Virus record (IMG/VR): IMGVR_UViG_2823577039_000003
Length of the DNA: 64,000 nucleotides
Strand: one strand, 5' to 3'
Source: an uncultured virus (IMG/VR IMGVR_UViG_2823577039_000003)
Lineage: Duplodnaviria > Heunggongvirae > Uroviricota > Caudoviricetes
Shown: in pieces, positions 58,349 to 64,000 of the stretch
Layout of the letters: each line of letters begins with the position of its first letter
Numbering within the stretch: the first letter of the stretch is position 1
Notes under the pieces: model-generated
Seen by the model: only the letters and a program-made list of their open reading frames with translations
What the model was told of the DNA's origin: nothing
Database searches by the model: none
Position numbers and translations under genes: made by a program

Positions 58349-59155
58349 TCAATACTGGGGTGTATTACGATTTTGGTAGTTACGAAGTAATTCTGCATCA
58401 AAGAACTTATTGCGGTCAAAGTTTTGTTCTGCTGCTTTGACGGCTTGTTCTTTTTGACGGTTATCTTCGGCTCGCTTAATCGCAATTTCAGCCTCAGCCA
58501 GTTTTGTTCCAATGTTATCAATTTCAGAACCCAGTGAATCTATTTTACCTTTGTAATACATAGACATACCAATAGCACCACCTAATCCACCGACTACCAT
58601 ACCAATGGCTCCACTGGTCCATGGGGATACACCAAACATAGCAGATGCAACGGGCATATCTTTAACTGCACTGCCTGTGAAAGCATTTTCAGCAGCCTTA
58701 GCATCAGAGTGGTTGGCACTGTGTTCTACAGGGGAACGGGATTGCATACGACGGCGAACTTCTCGGTGAAGTGCTGACATATCTTTTCGGAACTTAGTAA
58801 ACTCAGCATCCGATTTAATCTCGGCAGTTTCCATAGTGTGCATTAAATCTGAAAGGTCGGCATCTGACATTTCACTTAATCGCAGACTGCGTTTAACAGA
58901 GATTGAATCTTCGGCAGCAAATGTAGTATAAGTATTTTCAAACATAGGTGTCTCCTCGGCTTCTACAATACAATCAGTAATCTTTTTAAAACCACGGATT
59001 CCCTTACCACGCTCACCTAATAAATACTTTCCGGGGCCTGTGGCATGAGCAAGATTAACAAAGGTTTCCAAGGGGATTTCCGTTTCAGAAACTATAACAT
59101 CTTGACATCCTGAGTTTTTGACACCTTTTTCGTATCGGCGGATGAAGTAGGGCAT
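58349..59155 (-). CDS. Membrane protein with Gly-zipper TM and coiled coil
   Basis: GAIGMVVGGLGGAIGM is followed by a heptad-like segment. Motifs FAAE, KAAE and FDAE. Confidence 0.6.
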   Translation of the reverse strand: MPYFIRRYEKGVKNSGCQDVIVSETEIPLETFVNLAHATGPGKYLLGERGKGIRGFKKITDCIVEAEETPMFENTYTTFAAEDSISVKRSLRLSEMSDADLSDLMHTMETAEIKSDAEFTKFRKDMSALHREVRRRMQSRSPVEHSANHSDAKAAENAFTGSAVKDMPVASAMFGVSPWTSGAIGMVVGGLGGAIGMSMYYKGKIDSLGSEIDNIGTKLAEAEIAIKRAEDNRQKEQAVKAAEQNFDRNKFFDAELLRNYQNRNTPQY

Positions 59156-59228
59156 ACCTCATATGGGACGGTTCAACTACTTATACCTTTCGGACAAAAT
59201 GGGACCTAAATCCGAATTACTTATCCGA

Positions 59229-59738
59229 TTAAGACCAGACAGTAGCCAAGGCTTCATAGGCTTTATCTAAGGTATCATTATCAGGTTCTTCGCCATCTTC
59301 CATTTTACCTATAAGTTCTTGGAGGGCAGTAATAGTCATAACAATTTGTCGCCATTTGAGTTCCCTCAATCTTTCGTAAACTCCTCGTTCTTCAGCACGG
59401 TTGACAAAGTTTTTACTTTCTAAATACTTTACCAGTGCTAAGAGGTCTAAACGCCATCTAATTCCGCCTCTGCGATCTTTAGATTGAGCGTGTTTGAACA
59501 TAGGTCGGTTGCGAAGCACACCGATAACTTCACGAGAGGTATATCTTCGTGGTTTGAGTTGCACCATTTTTTCAGAGATTTCTGTAGAGTAGCCGTAGCC
59601 TTCGTGTGCCAAGAGATAATCCACAATATCAAAAACTAACGATTCCGTCAAGGGTAATGGACGGGTGTCTCGCTTTCGCTTTGCGGGTTTTTCTTCAGGG
59701 TCTTTTGAAAAATCATAACCCTTTTCATCCTTGGCCAT
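59229..59738 (-). CDS. Putative winged helix-turn-helix DNA-binding protein
   Basis: IVDYL..YSTEISEKM..TSREVIGVLR..F....GGIRWRL fits a wHTH layout. SD GGAGTGA. Confidence 0.5.
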   Translation of the reverse strand: MAKDEKGYDFSKDPEEKPAKRKRDTRPLPLTESLVFDIVDYLLAHEGYGYSTEISEKMVQLKPRRYTSREVIGVLRNRPMFKHAQSKDRRGGIRWRLDLLALVKYLESKNFVNRAEERGVYERLRELKWRQIVMTITALQELIGKMEDGEEPDNDTLDKAYEALATVWS

Positions 59739-59745
59739 GAAGAGG

Positions 59746-60141
59746 TCACTCCTCTTCTTCTAACTCAGGTTCAGGAAGTCCTAAAGAGATTCTAACCATG
59801 TCTGCTTTTTCAGCATCGTAGGCTAATTTAGCATCAGCCAGTTCCATACCTTCGGCTACTTTATCCTTGATGTAGGATTTTCGGTTGGACTCAAACTCCA
59901 TGAGGGCGAGAATAGCAGCATTTTCATCATCTACTTGACGACCATCATCATCGGATTCAAACAAATCTTCTACTTCTTGTTCAGCAGTCAAATAATCAGT
60001 GGCATCAACGTTGACATATTCGTCAAGTTCATCGTCCATAACTTTACCAGTTACGCCTTCTTGCATTTTTTCTACCATTTCCAAAGCCTGTGGCTTAGTT
60101 ACTCTAAATCCGACTCTTTCCCAGTATCGTGTCTCGGTCAT
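59746..60141 (-). CDS. Acidic hypothetical protein
   Basis: TATA motif at 60162-60172. Confidence 0.55.
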   Translation of the reverse strand: MTETRYWERVGFRVTKPQALEMVEKMQEGVTGKVMDDELDEYVNVDATDYLTAEQEVEDLFESDDDGRQVDDENAAILALMEFESNRKSYIKDKVAEGMELADAKLAYDAEKADMVRISLGLPEPELEEEE

Positions 60142-60334
60142 GGTAAACCATGTGGTAAACTACCTATTTATATCTTTTCTTAATTCGGAGTGACAGAAAT
60201 AATTTTACGATTGGATTTAATAGCAGAAATCAATTGGTCAGGATCGGTCACAGGGTCGCCTTCTACGAATTATAAATAACCTAAATCCAGTTGGTATTGG
60301 AATAAATGACGCAAAGCATTTTCTTCGCTACGAT

Positions 60335-60757
60335 TCATTTTTTACGCCTCTTTGACTTTTTCCGGGGTTTGGCACCAAGAGTCATGTTAACAGGAGAATC
60401 AGGGTTATCTAAATCTTGAGTCAGACAGCGATGCCCGCAATAGGAACGAGTAGTAACGACTTTGTGCCAACGAGCAGATTTAGTTTTATGCCATCCCAAA
60501 GTAATCATGTGTCCCTGATCGAACTTGTTATCACAGCAACTGCATTGAGCACCATCTTCGGTAGCCACTTCTCCAGTGTCGTCTAACCACTGGCCGTCAT
60601 CGTCTTGTAGCAACATCCGAAGGCATTCAATAGAACATAAAACATCGGAATTAAGATGTTCAGACCACCTACCGTTAGCATTAAACAAAGTATCGGTAAA
60701 AATAACTACAGGTTTATTAGTTTTAATCACGGTATCACACATCACGCATTGGCTCAT
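60335..60757 (-). CDS. Tandem TRASH/MYM-like zinc-finger protein with basic tail
   Basis: CVMC..CSIECL and CSCC..CGHRCL, ending KPRKKSKRRKK. Confidence 0.65.
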   Translation of the reverse strand: MSQCVMCDTVIKTNKPVVIFTDTLFNANGRWSEHLNSDVLCSIECLRMLLQDDDGQWLDDTGEVATEDGAQCSCCDNKFDQGHMITLGWHKTKSARWHKVVTTRSYCGHRCLTQDLDNPDSPVNMTLGAKPRKKSKRRKK

Positions 60758-60876
60758 TCTACCAACTCCTTAAGTTCTTGTTTCATGCCACTAATAATAA
60801 ACGGAAAGTGGTAATCGTTGAGAATCTTTTTAATACCTTCACGCATTCGCTGGACTTCATCACATTCGCAACTCAT
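60754..60876 (-). CDS. 40 aa small protein missing from the ORF track
   Basis: Translates as MSCECDEVQRMREGIKKILNDYHFPFIISGMKQELKELVE*. SD GAGGTGAT, with ATGA overlaps at both ends. Confidence 0.6.
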   Translation of the reverse strand: MSCECDEVQRMREGIKKILNDYHFPFIISGMKQELKELVE

Positions 60877-61244
60877 TCAATCACCTCGTATAACTGCCAT
60901 TCTCCAGAAGCGAGACCATCTTTATGAGAGAATAATCTACCGACTGGAAATCCATGGGCTTGACGCTCGTTATCGGCTCTCAATCTGCCTCCACATTCTA
61001 ATTCAAAAGGTGGGTCGTGAAAACGAGATCGCCATGCAAAAGAATCAACGGAATCAACGGCTATGGGACGAAGATGATAGGAATCATCTAATTCGCCCAC
61101 AAGGACGTGAAGCCCTTGGCCGCTGGATGATACCCGATACCAGACCCTTTCGGGTCCAAAAGACTCGGCCAACTGGCTCAAAGCCTGCTGGACGATATCA
61201 TTATCTATGGCGACATCATCCCAATCAAAAGTTAACACTCCCAT
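60873..61244 (-). CDS. Minimal archaeo-eukaryotic primase (AEP)-like protein
   Basis: hhhDWD (motif I) and RVSSSGQGLHV (motif II) occur in only about 123 aa. Confidence 0.55.
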   Translation of the reverse strand: MGVLTFDWDDVAIDNDIVQQALSQLAESFGPERVWYRVSSSGQGLHVLVGELDDSYHLRPIAVDSVDSFAWRSRFHDPPFELECGGRLRADNERQAHGFPVGRLFSHKDGLASGEWQLYEVIE

Positions 61245-61283
61245 AGGAGTAATTAGTAACAACCTCTGTTATATAGTTTGAGA

Positions 61284-61973
61284 TTACTTCTTAAGCATCT
61301 TGGAAGCAAAAATACCGCCAACAACTACGAGAGCAGCAATACCACCGTAAAGTAGGTAATTGGTTTCGTCTTCTTCAGTGTCATCGCCGTTTCCGCCATT
61401 ATCAGAACCACCGTTGCCACCATTAGAACCGCCGTTGTCGCCGTTTGTGCCGTTATCACCAGTTCCGTTGTCGCCACCCGCAGGTGTGATAGGAACTACT
61501 TCATCAAGAGTGATATTGTAGGAGTCTCCACGAATCCATGGAACTTCAGTAGTTACGTTTGCAGAACCATCTGCAGGGACATAAACTACGTTTTTTCCAC
61601 GGCCATCACGGTAGAGTGAGTCGCCGGGCTTAAGGTCAAAGGAAAAGGTTTGTTTGCCGGGGCGTGATAGGTTAACAGTTTGACTAACTATATCAGCAGC
61701 ACTGTCAAGTGTAAAGTGGAATCCTTTATCGTATCCTGTTTTAACTCCACCACTTACGTTAGTAGTGTGAGAGCCAGCACCAGTGCCACCATCACCGATA
61801 CTAAAACGACTAAAGTTGGCACCGTCATAGTTAGTAATGTTAGCACTATCAATGGTTGCTGCACCGAATTGTTTTGATGGTAGCGACATCAAACTTTCTG
61901 CGCTGAATGTTGGTAGTGGGAGATTAGTCTCGGATTGAAACTTTCCAAATGAGTTATAGTCTACAAAGCCCAT
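61284..61973 (-). CDS. Tail-anchored surface protein with Gly/Asn/Asp linker
   Basis: FSAE near the N-terminus, a beta-rich domain, a GDNGTG/GGNGG linker, and TM YLLYGGIAALVVVGGIFA-SKMLKK. Confidence 0.65.
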   Translation of the reverse strand: MGFVDYNSFGKFQSETNLPLPTFSAESLMSLPSKQFGAATIDSANITNYDGANFSRFSIGDGGTGAGSHTTNVSGGVKTGYDKGFHFTLDSAADIVSQTVNLSRPGKQTFSFDLKPGDSLYRDGRGKNVVYVPADGSANVTTEVPWIRGDSYNITLDEVVPITPAGGDNGTGDNGTNGDNGGSNGGNGGSDNGGNGDDTEEDETNYLLYGGIAALVVVGGIFASKMLKK

Positions 61974-62011
61974 GTAAAGAATAATACTCCACTACTATTT
62001 ATATTTAACGA

Positions 62012-62170
62012 CTATTCTTCTTCGTCATCATTAGTATTTTTATGATACCAGACCAGAAGTTTACTTAACTGTTCATTTCGCCAGAGAACCCAGCGCACAA
62101 AATAAATATTCGCAAAGCCATGCAAGATCACAGCCATCATAATTAGCCATACAATTGTTAAGTCATCCAT
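62012..62170 (-). CDS. 52 aa membrane protein missing from the ORF track
   Basis: Translates as MDDLTIVWLIMMAVILHGFANIYFVRWVLWRNEQLSKLLVWYHKNTNDDEEE*. SD GGTGAG, directly downstream of the ArsA/Get3 gene. Confidence 0.6.
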   Translation of the reverse strand: MDDLTIVWLIMMAVILHGFANIYFVRWVLWRNEQLSKLLVWYHKNTNDDEEE

Positions 62171-62171
62171 T

Positions 62172-63152
62172 TTACTCACCCGGTAATGTCATTTTATCAG
62201 TTCCCATAATCAAATCAGCGAAATCTTTTAAGTGTCCTGAATCGCCTAAACCTTTGGGTTCATAGGGTAAACGAGTTACTCCAATAGCCGAGACATCATG
62301 TTCTTTGCAGACTTTTTGATAATTGTTAATCCATGGTTGCTGGTTCTGGTGTTCTGACCAGACCATAGCCACGGCAGGATTTTCTCCTCGGATATCAAAG
62401 TGTTGTTTGAGATCGGGAACGATGTGATTAATAATAAGTGTATTAGCAGGAAGCCCAATAGATTTCAAGAAATTGATAGTGCGATAAAACTCCATGAATC
62501 CTGCTTCAGTCGGAATGGAAACTAACATAATTTTAGTTCTCTCGGTGTCTTCTAAAAATGATTTTAATAAATCTATTTCGTCACAGAAACTGGCCAGTAA
62601 TTCTTCTAACTCATCAGTATCACTGCCTTTGAACACAATACCTTTCAGTAATTTGCCAGAAATCTTTTTCTTCATACGGCGAATCTTAAGCAACATTTCT
62701 TTAATGGTATCTGGTGCAGTCAAGGCTTTGAGGGTGTGTCCCGTAGGTGCAGTATCAAATACAATTAAATCATATTCTTCATCACGCATAAGTTCTCCGA
62801 GAATCTCACAAGCACCCCATTCGTCTAAACCGGGGAGTGCTGACATAGAGACTACATCAGTATCCATATTAGGAAAAAGATTACTAAACATAGAAGCGAA
62901 AGCCTCTTTAACTCGGGTTACTCGGCCTGAAATGGCTTTGGCAGCATCAATATTCATCGCCCAAAGATTAGTGGCAATTTCTTGAGGTGTAGAACTGATT
63001 TTAACTCCTACAGTATCGTCAGTGCTGTGAGCCGGATCGGAAGAGATAAGAATAGTTTTCAACCCTTGCTCAGCATAATAATGTGCTAAAGAAGCAGAAG
63101 TTGTGGATTTTCCCACTCCGCCTTTGCCAGTTACTAACAGTAACTTCGTCAT
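62172..63152 (-). CDS. arsA: ArsA/Get3(TRC40)-family SIMIBI ATPase, single domain
   Basis: Motifs GKGGVGKST, SDPAHS, LPGLDE, FDTAPTGHTL, a helical insert after switch II, and LPYEPKG. Start MTKLLL follows the promoter at 63172-63182. Confidence 0.9.
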   Translation of the reverse strand: MTKLLLVTGKGGVGKSTTSASLAHYYAEQGLKTILISSDPAHSTDDTVGVKISSTPQEIATNLWAMNIDAAKAISGRVTRVKEAFASMFSNLFPNMDTDVVSMSALPGLDEWGACEILGELMRDEEYDLIVFDTAPTGHTLKALTAPDTIKEMLLKIRRMKKKISGKLLKGIVFKGSDTDELEELLASFCDEIDLLKSFLEDTERTKIMLVSIPTEAGFMEFYRTINFLKSIGLPANTLIINHIVPDLKQHFDIRGENPAVAMVWSEHQNQQPWINNYQKVCKEHDVSAIGVTRLPYEPKGLGDSGHLKDFADLIMGTDKMTLPGE

Positions 63153-63171
63153 GGAGAAGTATAGATTCCAC

Positions 63172-63182
63172 TGGTATTTATA
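63172..63182 (-). promoter_or_regulatory. TATA promoter TATAAATACCA of the ArsA/Get3 gene
   Basis: 19 nt spacer to ATG 63152. Confidence 0.7.
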
Positions 63183-63187
63183 TCTTC

Positions 63188-63613
63188 TTAAGCCCACTCT
63201 TCTAAGAAATCACTGGAAAACTCTTCAGATAAGTCATCTAAATCAATTTTTATAACTTCTTGCTTTTCGGTAACAATACTAAATTGACAATACAACAACT
63301 CGGTTTCATTTGCGGAAGTAATACCACTCATAATTGATTCCCAGAGCGATAAGCACTCTAACGAGATAGTGAGGTCTTCTTTAGGAAAGAATGGGGCTTC
63401 TGGGGTGATAACCATACCTGATGACACCAGTTCTCCAGAATAAACGGTAACTTTGCCACAAGTAATCTTGAGCATAACATAATCTGCACTATTAAAATTA
63501 TCTAATGGGTGTATAATTATTTTTTCTACTCTGGTTCCGGGATCCATCTCTACAGTAGCGATGACGGAACTTGTGCGGCTTATCGGGATTTTAAAGTCTT
63601 TGCTTTTATCCAT
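63188..63613 (-). CDS. Small beta-rich hypothetical protein
   Basis: SD GGAGGG precedes ATG 63613. Alternating hydrophobic strands. Confidence 0.5.
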   Translation of the reverse strand: MDKSKDFKIPISRTSSVIATVEMDPGTRVEKIIIHPLDNFNSADYVMLKITCGKVTVYSGELVSSGMVITPEAPFFPKEDLTISLECLSLWESIMSGITSANETELLYCQFSIVTEKQEVIKIDLDDLSEEFSSDFLEEWA

Positions 63614-63673
63614 TTTACCCTCCACTTTAGTATTGTGTTTTCCGCTATTTATGCTTTAGCCCTTCGTGCATCA

Positions 63674-64000
63674 CTAATTTTCCGAATCCCGGCGTTTCTC
63701 TTCCGTTTTCTGTATATCTCCGGACGCAGAATTGCCGAAAGCGTCCACATCCATCATTTCATCAGTATCTGGATTAGGTGGAAGTAGATTTAACTGTGGG
63801 AGGAGTTCTTCAATAGATTCTTCATCCAAGGCATAGAAATCACCTGCTAATTGTTCTTCTAAAGTTTCAGTAGCACTGGGTTTGAGAGTTCCGGCTTCTT
63901 CTCGTCGCTTACGCATTTTCCAACCACGGTTTCTTTCTTTGAGAATATCTTGGTATTCTTGACGTTGTTTAGACATCCATTCTTCTATTTCTTCTAAAGT
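63674..64000 (-). CDS. Hypothetical protein, probably 5'-truncated by the window edge
   Basis: The frame stays open to 64000 (TLEEIEEW-MSKQ...). Confidence 0.5.
   Translation of the reverse strand, partial: TLEEIEEWMSKQRQEYQDILKERNRGWKMRKRREEAGTLKPSATETLEEQLAGDFYALDEESIEELLPQLNLLPPNPDTDEMMDVDAFGNSASGDIQKTEEKRRDSEN

Larger units (their letters stand above)
1..64000 (-). mobile_element. Segment of a large archaeal virus genome (virion/morphogenesis module)
   Basis: All genes are co-oriented and most have no recognisable family. Fibre proteins, TATA plus SD signals, and no cellular housekeeping genes. Confidence 0.75.

Noticed and set aside
62172..63152. Arsenic-resistance operon
   Set aside because: The ATPase is single-domain, and no arsB/acr3, arsC, arsD or arsR is present in the window.
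948..63787. Numerous + strand ORFs and short alternative-frame minus-strand ORFs in the track (e.g. 4290..5003, 11054..11626, 37647..38255, 62494..62985)
   Set aside because: They are shadows of the long minus-strand genes, with no promoter or SD and compositions typical of antisense translations.
1..64000. tRNA or rRNA genes, integrase, transposase
   Set aside because: None recognised. Intergenic gaps are mostly too short, and the 24031-24090 structure is not a cloverleaf.
1..64000. Eukaryotic giant virus (suggested by SOD1-like, Get3, SAP genes and a TAAAT-containing motif)
   Set aside because: GGAGG/GGTGA Shine-Dalgarno sites, GTG/TTG starts and ATGA-coupled operons indicate prokaryotic translation, and the TATA spacing fits archaea.

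Overview
This 64 kb window looks like the virion and morphogenesis region of a large, probably undescribed virus of an archaeon. The sequence appears to be a population consensus: the N bases I checked sit at silent or wobble positions. About 70 tightly packed genes all lie on the minus strand. Roughly 35 of them have their own TATA-type promoter (TATAAATAGTY), and 29 of these sit a fixed 19 nt before the ATG, implying leaderless mRNAs. Most other genes are translationally coupled or carry GGAGG/GGTGA Shine-Dalgarno sites. Recognisable products are four Gly/Thr-rich fibre/spike proteins, two paralogous families of beta-rich putative capsid proteins, more than 25 membrane proteins, a tail-anchored HerA/FtsK ATPase, a MoxR AAA+/HExxH/vWA module, a classical AAA ATPase, a GT2 glycosyltransferase, a Cu/Zn SOD, SAP/WGR/wHTH/TRASH proteins, a minimal AEP-like protein and an ArsA/Get3 ATPase. 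I saw no terminase, portal, HK97 capsid or tail-tube gene. Two candidate new systems stand out. (1) A virus-encoded Get3/TRC40-like ATPase occurs with at least 11 tail-anchored viral proteins, suggesting a viral tail-anchor insertion pathway. (2) A hydrophobic-x-(S)-A-E motif recurs across more than 20 proteins, often at domain boundaries, suggesting a virus-wide polyprotein or maturation cleavage code. One candidate major capsid paralogue carries an in-frame TAA. All family calls come from reading motifs by eye, with no database search.
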